Source: an uncultured Acidobacteriota bacterium
GTDB taxonomy: Bacteria; Acidobacteriota; JAQAZP01
Assembly: GCA_963836075.1 (NCBI GenBank)
Contig: CAWIIB010000009.1
Coordinates: 1,184,001 to 1,248,000 of the forward strand
Reading direction: 5' to 3'
Length of the DNA: 64,000 nucleotides
Shown here: positions 29,139 through 38,618 of the stretch, piece after piece
How positions within the stretch are numbered: position 1 is the first letter of the stretch
Layout of the letters: every line of letters begins with the position of its first letter
Translations under genes and position numbers: made by a program
The notes under the pieces: model-generated
The model's input: the letters and a program-made list of their open reading frames with translations, nothing else
Database searches by the model: none
Told to the model about the DNA's origin: nothing

Positions 29139-30477
29139 TTACGGGCAGGCGGTCGAAGTCAACCCGACGACATACGCTGAGCCCGCATCGGCAGTCAGGC
29201 CGATATCATCCTTGCTCGCCCCGACTACCCCATATTCCCCATCCGCGGACATGCAGACATCCCAACCGAACCAGTCATCGCCGGCCTTGTCGTCCGCATC
29301 TACGAGAAAATCGAGCGACCAATCGGTTCCACTGGGCGTGAAGTAGTAGGCCGTGCCGATATCGTATCCCTGCATGTTGATGTCGGTCAGGTTTGCCCCC
29401 ACGAGGACGCCATCTCCGTCCTCGTTAATGGCGACCGAACGGCCGAAGTGATCGCCGCTGGCACCATTGGTGTATGTAACTTTGTCCTGCTCTTCCCAGG
29501 ATCCATTATCCAACACGAAGATATATGCGCTCCCGGCATGCGTTCCCTCCTCATCATCATGCCTGGCGCCGACGACGATCGTGTCGGCATCACCGTCGAC
29601 GGCGACGTCAAATCCGAACCAGTCCTGGGAACCACCGTTATCAGCGTAGAACTTATGCGTCTGATCCCAGCTCGTCCCATCGCGAGCGAAGACATAGACT
29701 GCCCCCTCGTCGTCATCTTCGCAATCCGCTTCACGTGATCCGATTACGGCGACATCCCCGCAAATATCGACGGAAGCGCCGAAGATGATACCGTCATCGG
29801 CGTCGTTCCAGTCGTCGGCGTAAAGATTGGCCTCTTCGCTCCACGAAGTGCTGCTCCTGGTGAAGACATACACCTCGCCGCGCTTCCACAGAGGCGGATC
29901 TTCATCGTCGGTTGTCCCATCGTATTTTGCGCCGACGAGAACCGTCTCACCATCAGAATCAATTGCCACCGAACACCCGAACAGGCCGGTCACCACGGCG
30001 CCAGTTCCGCTGAGAGTTGCCTGATAGCTCCAGGTTGTGTCGGAACGAGTGAAGATATAGGCACTGCCCTCACTGACAGATGTTTTCCCCTTGTGATGCG
30101 CTCCGACTACAATATAGTAACCCTCGCTGGAAATATCCACCGACGCACCGAAATGATCCCAGGAGTCCGCATCGGGGGCCACCAACCGCGCCTGCTCAGA
30201 CCACGTCGATCCGCTCTTTACATATACATAAACAGCTCCCACACTCTCTTCAATGGGGGGATCGTTGTCCACTTCGATGTCTTCGGACGCGGCTCCGACA
30301 ACGAAGTAGGCCCCGTCGTCCGACATGGCCACTGAACTGCCATACTCCGCATCGAGGTGCTTGTAGGTATCCGCATCGACCCGTTGCAGTTCACATGGCG
30401 GTGTGCCGGCTGACGAAACAGGTACAGCAACACGCGAGGAGACCGATAGCAACTACAGTCGAAATCGTCCTTAACAT
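29139..30477 (-). CDS. Secreted FG-GAP repeat beta-propeller protein; probable frameshift in the signal peptide
   Basis: Seven FG.SVAI...VGA...G.AY.F repeats. The RBS-preceded ATG at 30477 (MLRTISTVVAIGLLA) is out of frame with ORF 29139..30452. Confidence 0.85.
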
Positions 30478-30803
30478 TTGATGTTCTTCTCCCTGTTGTT
30501 CTGTAAAGTAAATGCGGTCAAAACCTTCAGGATCATCTGCAATATTGCGTGGGGAGAGCGGGAATGGGAGGTGCCCGGCTGGGGTATCGAGAGAGAAGGG
30601 ACCGTGAGATGAGATTTCTGGAATCGAATGGACCCACTCTGGTTCTGCTCATGGGGAATGGGGTCTCACAATAGAAATTTTATTTCTAAACTAAGAAAAT
30701 ATTTTTATGACTGGCTTACCGTGTGGCTTTTCACGATCTTCGGGTAATTACATATTTGAGCAAAAATAGCTGATACCGAATTATCGATTCTAATTATAAA
30801 TAG

Positions 30804-30833
30804 AATCTACAGTGTTTTTTTTTCACAAGTCAA
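30804..30833 (-). promoter_or_regulatory. sigma70-like promoter in AT-rich intergenic region
   Basis: Minus strand TTGACT-N18-TAGATT. Confidence 0.45.
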
Positions 30834-31090
30834 GTAATTTCTATTGAGGAATCAATGAGGGGAGACAGCAATCACCTTGCGCCTGCCCCTCTAAACCACC
30901 TATATTTACTGAAGATAGCAAGGGGCAGGGTTGGTTGAAGCAGTTGGTCCAGTGCCCCGGACCGCTCCGGACATCCCGGCCGACGTCCGATTCCCGTCCC
31001 CATCGGGGATGGCGGGATATTCCCTTGGGCAGCAGAAACGAACAATGAACCGTTGCGCCTTCCCGGCGCGGCGTGGTGGAGGCAGTGCTC

Positions 31091-33647
31091 ATGTTTTGGA
31101 ATGGACGGATCGTACTTGCGGTGATGGTTTGTGCCCTTCTGGCGCCGGTGTCGGTCGATGCGGCCGGGACGCCGGAACCCGAGGCCCTGGTGCTGGTTCA
31201 CGGGGACAGCGCCGAGGCGTCCGGCCTGGTGGAGAAGCTGGGCCTGCCGGTGTACCACCGGGCGGGCGACCGTCTGCTGGTGGGCGCGGTGACGAGGCCA
31301 TCGTCCGCCTCGGCGGCGCGGCCACGGTGGTGGACCGCGCGCCCTGGGCCGACGGCGACCGGCTACTACTGGGTGATGATCCGTGACGGCCGGGATGCCG
31401 CCTTCCCCGCCGGCGCAAGGTGTGCAGCGGCTCTACCGCCAGGGCGGTCTGGCCCTGGTCAAGGCCACGGCCGAGAGCGTCGAGCCGCTCTCCATGGCCG
31501 GGCACGAACTGGTGCTGGTGACCCCCACGCACAAGGCGCTGGCTGCCGGCCACAAGCGCACCGCCCCGGCCGGTACCCGGGCCTTTGGCGGCGAGATCGA
31601 CGACATGGTGGCTGCCATCACCCAGCTGAGCTACACCGGCAAGATCCAGACCCTGGAGAACTTCGGCACCCGCTATTCCTACGCCCCCGAGTGCGACACG
31701 GCCGGCGACTGGATCTACAACCAGTTCGCCGGTTTCGGTCTCGCCGCCGAGCGTCACTACTTCAGCATCGGCGGCAACACCCGTTCAGAATATCATCGCC
31801 ACCATCCCCGGGCTGCTCTATCCCGACGAGGTGGTCTTTATCTCCGCCCACTACGACTCCACCTCCGAGGATCCCTACAACTTCGCCCCCGGCGCCGACG
31901 ACGACGGCAGCGGCTCGGCGGCGGTGATCGAGGCGGCCCGGGTGCTCTCCGGCTACACCTTCGAGCGGACGATCAAGTTCGCCTGCTTTGCCGGCGAGGA
32001 GCAGGGCCTGGTGGGATCGGGCGGCCTACGTGGCCGACATCGCCGCGGCGGGGATGAATGTCATCGGCTGCTACAACTTCGACATGATCGGCTACTCGGG
32101 CACCGACCCGGCGCCCCCCGATTTCATCATCTACACCGACCCCGACTTCCACCGCGCTGGCCTACGAGCTGCGTGATGCCGCCCTCTACTATGTCTCTGC
32201 CGAGATCGAGCCGCTGGTGATCCACGAGTCACTCAGCGCCAGCGACCACGGCTCGTTCTGGGCCCACGGCTACCAGGCCATCGTCGCCTCCGAGGACGAG
32301 GCCTGGGGGAGCGACTTTAGCCCCTACTACCACACCACCAGCGACCTGGTGGCCAACTGCGACCTGGCCTACGCCACCGCCTGCACCAAGGCGGCCGTGG
32401 CTGCGGTGGCCGACACCGCAGTGCCCTTCACCCCCAGCGGGATGCGGGTCACCCCCGCCATGAGCTTCTCTCCGAGGGGGCCAACGGCGGGCCGTTCACC
32501 CCGCAGACCTTCGACTACACCCTGACCAACTACGAGAGCTACCCCATCACTTACACGGTGAGCGAGAGCACGGCCTGGCTCGACAGCAGCACCACCGGCG
32601 GCACCATGCCCGCCCTGGGCACGGCCACGGTGACCCTGTCGATCAACAGCACGGCCAACGGCCTGGCCGACGGCGGCTACACCGCTGACGTCGACTTCGT
32701 CAACACCACCAACCACGACGGTGACACCACCCGCACCGCGCGAGCTCACCGTGGGCGTGCCGGTGGTGCAGCAGCAGTGGACCATGGACAGCAACCCCGG
32801 CTGGACCACCCAGGGCCTCTGGGCCTGGGGCCAGCCCACCGGCGGCGGCGGGCAATACGGCAACCCCGATCCCACCGGCGGCCACAGCGGCCCGAACGTC
32901 TACGGCTACAACCTCTCGGGCGACTACGAGAACTACCTCAACGAGACGCACCTCACCTCCAGCGCCATCGACTGCTCCACCCTGAACAGGGTGATCCTCA
33001 AGTTCCGGCGCTACCTCAATGTCGAGCAGCCGACCTACGACCACGCCTACGTCCGGGTGAGCAACGACGGCACCACCTGGACCACCGTCTGGCAGAACAC
33101 GGCCGAGGTCACCGACTCGTCCTGGAGCCAGGTGGAATACGACATCTCCGCCGTGGCCGACGGCCAGTCGACGGTCTACCTCCGCTGGACCATGGGTGAG
33201 ACCGACAGCGCCTGGCAGTATTCGGGCTGGAACATCGACGACGTGGAGATCTGGGGCATCGACGGCTCGTCCCAGCCCACCGACACGGTGCAGGTGGCCA
33301 TCGGCTGCAGTCCGGACAGCGGCGTGCTGCCCTTCACCACCCAGTTTGCGGTGTCGCTGTCCAACCTGACCACCGAGAACCGCCGGGCCGCCGGCCGGAT
33401 CAACATGGTGATCGGCAACGGCACCCCGTACACCAACTGGCGCGCCGGCTGGACCAACCTCAACGACGGCGAGACCTACAGCACTGTCTGGAACCAGAGC
33501 CTGCCGGCCCTCGGTTCGCTGGTGGGCGACAACGTCTTCACCCTCATCGGCGTGGACGTCACCCCGGCGCCCTACAACCAGCCGCCATTCGCCCCGTCAG
33601 GCGACACCGACAGCGACGCCTGCACGGTGGTGGCGACAGCAAAGTAG
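31091..33647 (+). CDS. Secreted M28 aminopeptidase with Ig-like and jelly-roll domains and C-terminal module A; about 7 frameshifts
   Basis: M28 motifs spread over successive frames: SAHYDS, PGADDDGSG, GEEQGL, NFDMIGY, SDHGSF, PYYHT. Ends in module A. Confidence 0.85.
33282..33647 (+). repeat. C-terminal module A, copy 3 (coding)
   Basis: DTVQVAIGCSPDSGVLPF...TNWRAGWTN...DVTPAPYNQPPFAPSGD...ATAK*. Confidence 0.9.
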
Positions 33648-33674
33648 AAGGAGAAGAGGGGACGGCAGATGTTG

Positions 33675-33866
33675 GGGACGTACATGAATTTATGAATTTT
33701 TCTGCAGGGGGACATCAGGGACGTACATAAGATTATAACTTTGTTACGCCGGGATATCGTTCGGGATTGATAATAACGATCCTGGACGTCACCGCGTGAG
33801 ACGCAAAGTTATAAGCTTATGTACGTCCCCGCTCTTCCGTAAAATTCATAAATTCATGTACGTCCC
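33675..33866. repeat. Nested inverted repeats (REP/REPIN- or MITE-like)
   Basis: Outer perfect 26-bp IR at 33675..33700 and 33841..33866. Inner 26-bp IR with 1 mismatch at 33718..33743 and 33804..33829. All arms begin GGGACGTACAT. Confidence 0.9.
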
Positions 33867-36800
33867 TGTCTTCGTTTCAGCATGTGGATGCCGCCGGCGA
33901 GGGTGAGCAGGCCGAACACGATCAGCACCAGCGCCAGCAGCCACGGCCGGCGCGGCCGTGGTTCCAGATACAGCGCCGAGGAACTTTCGCCCACCAGCAC
34001 GAAGGGGGCCCAGAAGTGGGGGTGGGCTCCGTCTTCCAGAAGAGCGCGCCTGGCGCCGGTCAGGGCGGCGGCCTTGCTCTCCCCCCGGACCAGCCCGTCA
34101 AAGAAGCTCTCCATCAGCCGGGCGGTGAAACGGTCCTCCACCGGCCAGAGGGTGTGAACCACGCAGCGGCTGCCGGCGGAGATAAAGGCCCGGGAGAGCC
34201 CCACCACCCCTTCCCCGTGCACCGGCCGGCCGAGGCCGGTGCTGCAGGCGGAGAGCACCACCAGGTCGGCGTCCAGTTCCAGAGCCCCGATCTCCTCCAG
34301 GCTCAGCAGCCCGTCCTGCCCGTCCGGCCCCTCCTTGCTGAACACGATGGCCGAATCACGGGCTGAAACCTCGTCCACCAGGGCGTGGGTGGCCAGGTGG
34401 ATCACCCGGGCCCCGGCCAACTCAGGGTCGGCCAGCAGGCTCTTCCTGGCCTCTTTGCCGGTGAAGGCCCGGGCGCGGGCCAGGCGCCGGGCGATCCGCC
34501 GCACCTCACGGCCGGAGTGGGGCAGGGGCGGAAGGGGATGTTCGCCGCCGAAATCCGGGTTGCCGATGGCCAGCAGTTCGAGACGTTCGCCGTCCATCAT
34601 GCTGTCCCCTCTGTCCCGCAGTTCGGCCAGCACGGCTGCCGAGTGGGCGTATGAGATCTCGTGCCGCTGGGCCAGCCAGGTGGGCGGGCCATTCCCCGGG
34701 AGGGCCAGCGCTTCAAACGGCAGGTGGTGCAGGAGACCGTCGGCCACAATGACCAGCCGGGCGTTGCCGGTGGCCAGCTGATCGGCCGCCGGTCCCAGGA
34801 GGATGGAGAAGAGCGAGCGGCCTGCGGCTGCCAGCTCCGGCGAGATCGCCTGATCCAGTGATTCCGGCGGGTTGCGCAGCTGTTCCAGGTAGCCGGCGGC
34901 CAGCGATTCGATCTCGACCCGTGGCGGCAGCCGGTGAACGGTCAGCCCGGTTCTGGCCAGCAGGAAGAGAAAGGAGACGTCCTCACCCAGCAGGTATTCC
35001 AGCAGCCAGCTGTCCGGTCCCGGCAGCGCTGCCAGCGCCTGGTCCGTGGTGATCCGGGGCAAGGCTTCCGCATCCCCGCCGCGGCCCTCTTCCTCCGCCC
35101 GCAGGAGGTCGAGGAGCGAACTGGCGTGGGCCTGCTCGGCAACGGTGAAGCAGAGCCCGGCGCCCTGCTCCAGCAGGCCGCCGCGGGCCATTTGATCCAG
35201 CACGTCGACATAGCTGCAGAAGACCTGATGCTTGTCCTCCATGTAGGACCACCGGAAGGTGTCCTCAGCCTGGTGCGCCCGACCTTTGTGGATGGCCTCG
35301 AGGGCCAGCTCAAGCCGCTGCCGGGCCCGCACCAGGTCACCGCCGGCCAAGGCCAGCCGGCCGAGACGGTAGTTGCTGCTCCAGGCGAGGATCGGGTAAC
35401 CGCCACTCTCGCTCAGGCGGGTGGCCGCCAGATACGATTCCCCGGCCCGGTCCGGGTCCCCCAGAGCCTCGGCGGTACGGCCCATGGAGTAGCTGACACA
35501 GGCCTGTCCGTATTCGTCAGCTTGCCTCTGGTAGGCGGTGAAGGCCGATTCCAGTTTGGCCCGTGCTTCCGGGAGCCGGCCGGCCGCCGAGAGCACCGCG
35601 CCCTGAAGGTGCCGGGCATTGGCCAGCCCCACGGTATCGCCGGCGGCATCCGAAACCGTCGCGGCACGATCCAACCGGGCCAGCGCTTCCTCCTCCGCCC
35701 CGTTCTTCCACAGCAGGTAGCCCATCTCCCGGTTGATGAAGCTCTCCAGCGGGCCGTCGGCCACTTTGCGGGTGTCGATCAGCTCCGCGGCCTCCTGGAG
35801 TTCCAGCAGGGCGGCATCGTAGTCGCCGAGGAAACTCCTGATGTGCCCCATGTTGGCCAGGCAACTGGCCACGGTGGACCAGCGGCCGGCTCTCCGGGCC
35901 ACTTCCAGCGCTTCGGAGAAGCTGTCCAGCGCCGTCCGGTAGCGGTTCAGCTCGGTTCCGCAGATGGTCCCCCGGGTGGTGAGCACATAGAGCAGCATGT
36001 CGTCCAGCCCCAGCTGCCGGGCCACCGGGATCGACTGGTCGAACCAGCGCAGGGCCGCCTCCACATCCGTGGTCCGGGAGAGCAGGGCCAGGGCCACCAT
36101 GTTTCGCAGGCGGCTTTCGTCGTCCGCCTGCTCTTCAGCCAGCTCCATGGAGCGGTGATACTGCTGGTCCGCTGCTGCGGCCTCTCCCAGGCGGTAGTGG
36201 GCGTTACCGGCCAGGTGGAGGGCCAGCACCGCTCCGCCGAGGGTGTCCTGTTCCGCGAAGCTGGCCAGGGCCTCCCCGGCGCAGCGCAGCGCCTCCCGGG
36301 TATCCCCCTGCCGCTGCCGCAGGCCGGCCAGCTGCTTCTGCGCCAGGCCGCGGCCTGAGACCGAGCCCCCGGCTTCGAAGCTGGCCAGGCTCTCCCCGAT
36401 CATCCGTACCTGCTCGTCGGGGGTGGGGGCCAGGGCGCTGAGGGCCAGCAGGCAAAACCCCTCGCAGATCGTGTTCTCCGTTGCGTCCTCCCCGCTCTTT
36501 TCACCGGCAAGCAGGGTACGGGCCCTCTCCAGGTGGGTGCGGCTCTGCCCCATGGCGCCGGGTTCGGTCTGGTCGTAGAGCAGGTTCAGGCCCAGGCCGA
36601 AATGGATCGCCGGCGTGTCGGGGTGGGTTTGGGCGGCGGCCAGCAGGCGTCGGCGCGCTTCGGCCAGCCGGCCGGTGCGCAGGGAGATCAAGGCCCAGTC
36701 CCGCTGCAGGGCAGCGCAACCCGGGCTCGCTTCCAGGCTGCGGGCCAGGAGTTCCCAGGTGTCGTCCTGACCGCGGCTTCGTATGAGCTCGAGGGTGGTG

Positions 36801-37168
36801 CCGGGGGAGCAGGACAGGGGTGGATCGGCCGGGATCTCGGTGACCGCCAGGGAGAATGACGAACAAACCAGTCCCAACAGAAACAGCCCCGTCCTCAGGA
36901 GGCGCGGGGCTGTGGTATTTCGCAGAAAAAAGATTCTAGAAGAACGGGTTTCCAACCTCGTCCCGCCGGTAGGGGCAGGGACGCATGGGCGGTACATCAG
37001 GGAGCAGCGGCCGCGGCGCTTCCGGTTCGACACCGAAGAAGCCGATTCCTCTGTAGGTGTGGTCCGGATAGAACCTGGAACCGCAGCATGAGAACCAGTT
37101 GCTGAGCAAGTAGATGAAGTAAACCATGAACACCCTCCTCGGTTCATCTGTCCTGGCCAGGGCCGCAA
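33854..37168 (-). CDS. TPR-CHAT (caspase-like) protease with C-terminal TM helix; true start probably between 36877 and 36997
   Basis: TPR array, LVIVADGLLHHLPFEAL, catalytic HLATHA and LSACSTG, LWPVED and WAPFVLVG motifs, followed by a TM helix and KRR. Confidence 0.9.
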   Translation of the reverse strand: MRPWPGQMNRGGCSWFTSSTCSATGSHAAVPGSIRTTPTEESASSVSNRKRRGRCSLMYRPCVPAPTGGTRLETRSSRIFFLRNTTAPRLLRTGLFLLGLVCSSFSLAVTEIPADPPLSCSPGTTLELIRSRGQDDTWELLARSLEASPGCAALQRDWALISLRTGRLAEARRRLLAAAQTHPDTPAIHFGLGLNLLYDQTEPGAMGQSRTHLERARTLLAGEKSGEDATENTICEGFCLLALSALAPTPDEQVRMIGESLASFEAGGSVSGRGLAQKQLAGLRQRQGDTREALRCAGEALASFAEQDTLGGAVLALHLAGNAHYRLGEAAAADQQYHRSMELAEEQADDESRLRNMVALALLSRTTDVEAALRWFDQSIPVARQLGLDDMLLYVLTTRGTICGTELNRYRTALDSFSEALEVARRAGRWSTVASCLANMGHIRSFLGDYDAALLELQEAAELIDTRKVADGPLESFINREMGYLLWKNGAEEEALARLDRAATVSDAAGDTVGLANARHLQGAVLSAAGRLPEARAKLESAFTAYQRQADEYGQACVSYSMGRTAEALGDPDRAGESYLAATRLSESGGYPILAWSSNYRLGRLALAGGDLVRARQRLELALEAIHKGRAHQAEDTFRWSYMEDKHQVFCSYVDVLDQMARGGLLEQGAGLCFTVAEQAHASSLLDLLRAEEEGRGGDAEALPRITTDQALAALPGPDSWLLEYLLGEDVSFLFLLARTGLTVHRLPPRVEIESLAAGYLEQLRNPPESLDQAISPELAAAGRSLFSILLGPAADQLATGNARLVIVADGLLHHLPFEALALPGNGPPTWLAQRHEISYAHSAAVLAELRDRGDSMMDGERLELLAIGNPDFGGEHPLPPLPHSGREVRRIARRLARARAFTGKEARKSLLADPELAGARVIHLATHALVDEVSARDSAIVFSKEGPDGQDGLLSLEEIGALELDADLVVLSACSTGLGRPVHGEGVVGLSRAFISAGSRCVVHTLWPVEDRFTARLMESFFDGLVRGESKAAALTGARRALLEDGAHPHFWAPFVLVGESSSALYLEPRPRRPWLLALVLIVFGLLTLAGGIHMLKRRQGRT
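36876..36913 (-). terminator. Terminator-like hairpin after a small ORF
   Basis: Minus strand ACAGCCCCG-N13-CGGGGCTGT followed by TTCTGTT. Confidence 0.45.
36936..37127 (-). CDS. Putative small protein (63 aa) upstream of the CHAT gene
   Basis: GAGGAGG RBS 6 nt before the ATG at 37127, followed by a terminator-like hairpin. Confidence 0.4.
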   Translation of the reverse strand: MVYFIYLLSNWFSCCGSRFYPDHTYRGIGFFGVEPEAPRPLLPDVPPMRPCPYRRDEVGNPFF

Positions 37169-37348
37169 CCCATCTGCGGGATTGCTTGCGATCGGGAAGT
37201 GTTGGAAAGCTATCTCAGATTCTACCTAACATATAAATAATGTCATAATGGCGAATCGTCAAGCCTCTTTGCACTATTTTGTCAATTAAACCTTAAAAAC
37301 CAGGTCCGGCAGCTCTTCCTCCCCCGCTCTGTATATTGTCCATGAAAA

Positions 37349-37410
37349 TGTCACTTTTGGATGTCTTGTCACTTTTTGGTGCCTGACCCCAAAAAGTGAC
37401 AAAGTGACAA
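37349..37410. repeat. Palindromic repeat cluster
   Basis: Two TGTCACTTTT and two AAAGTGACA units. Core hairpin TGTCACTTTTTGG...CCAAAAAGTGACA. Confidence 0.7.
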
Positions 37411-37421
37411 ATAGTGATTCT

Positions 37422-38618
37422 TCAATGCTCTTGCGCCGACCGTTTCTTTTCCGCCGGGACCAGCCGGATGAAGAAGAGGGTGGAGGCGAACATGTAGAAA
37501 CCGGCGGTGGCATACATCCAGCGGTAGCCCAGGTGGTCGGCCACCATGCCGAACAGCGGCAGCCCGAGGCCGAAGCCGATCTCGAAGCAGGTGGTGTAGA
37601 CCGAAAGGGCGAAGGCGCGGCGGTGGTGGCCGATGAGGTCCACCATCAGCGAGCTGAGGGCAGGGAAGATCAGTCCCTGCCCCAGGCCGCCGATCAGGCC
37701 GGCGACGATCAGCAGCCAGGTGGCGTTGATCTGGGAGATGATCAGGCTGTTCGCCGCCACCAGCAGCAGGGCCGGGATGGCCACCCGGCGCTGGCCATAG
37801 CGGTCGGGGAGCGCGGCCAGCCGGAAGCGGGTGAGGATGGCGCTGAAGGAGAAGGCGATGAAGAAGGGGAAGAAGCGCTCGATGCCGATGGAGCGGCAGT
37901 AGGGGCCGATGAAGTTGAGGTTGGTGCCCCGGGTGGCGCCGTGGGCGATGGCCATCAGCACCACGCCGGCCACGGCGGCCGCCAGCAGCCGGCCCGAGGT
38001 CCGGGCCGGTTCCGTTTCCGGGGAGGGCGGCGGGCTTTTGCGGGCCCTGGGGATCAGGAACACCAGGCCCACGGCCATGGCGGCCAGCAGGCTGTCGAGG
38101 ATGAACAGTGCGGTGAACCCGCTCCTGGCCACCACCAGTTCGCTGACCATCGGCGAGATGGCGTGGGCCAGCAGCCCGGAGATGCCGAAAATGCCCAGTG
38201 CCTCGGAGAGGTGGTTGGCCGGGGTCAGCCGCGTGGCCAGGGCCATCAGCGGGGCGAGGATGCAGCTCCAGCCCACACCGAACAGGGCCCTGAGGGCGAT
38301 GACGCTCCAGCCCGTGGGCTGTACCAGGGCGAAGAAGGGAACGATCACCGCCAGCATGGCCAGACCGAAGATGGTCACCGAGCGGTAGGTCAGCCGTTCT
38401 GCCGCCATCCCGGTGAGCGGGCGCAGCAGTACCGACACCACCGAGAAGATGCCCATGATCAGGCCCACCTGGGTGTCGGTGCCGCCGTGATCCTTGATCA
38501 GCAGGGGGTAGAGGACAAAGGACGTGACTACGTAAAAGGCGAGAAAGTTGGCCGCGAGGCAGAGAACGTAGGGCCGGTTCCAGATCCCGGCTTCGATACG
38601 GCCGGCATGGTCGCTCAC
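37422..38618 (-). CDS. MFS transporter
   Basis: About 12 hydrophobic segments and the motif-A-like DRYGQRR. Confidence 0.9.
   Translation of the reverse strand: MSDHAGRIEAGIWNRPYVLCLAANFLAFYVVTSFVLYPLLIKDHGGTDTQVGLIMGIFSVVSVLLRPLTGMAAERLTYRSVTIFGLAMLAVIVPFFALVQPTGWSVIALRALFGVGWSCILAPLMALATRLTPANHLSEALGIFGISGLLAHAISPMVSELVVARSGFTALFILDSLLAAMAVGLVFLIPRARKSPPPSPETEPARTSGRLLAAAVAGVVLMAIAHGATRGTNLNFIGPYCRSIGIERFFPFFIAFSFSAILTRFRLAALPDRYGQRRVAIPALLLVAANSLIISQINATWLLIVAGLIGGLGQGLIFPALSSLMVDLIGHHRRAFALSVYTTCFEIGFGLGLPLFGMVADHLGYRWMYATAGFYMFASTLFFIRLVPAEKKRSAQEH

Noticed and set aside
31044-31053. AATGAACCGT upstream of the M28 gene, matching the ACGGTTCATT block upstream of the tandem paralogs
   Set aside because: Only 10 nt and in inverted orientation, so it could be chance.
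31091-33647. M28 gene as a true pseudogene or programmed frameshift locus
   Set aside because: All metal-binding motifs are intact and codon bias persists across frames. Similar indels occur throughout the window.
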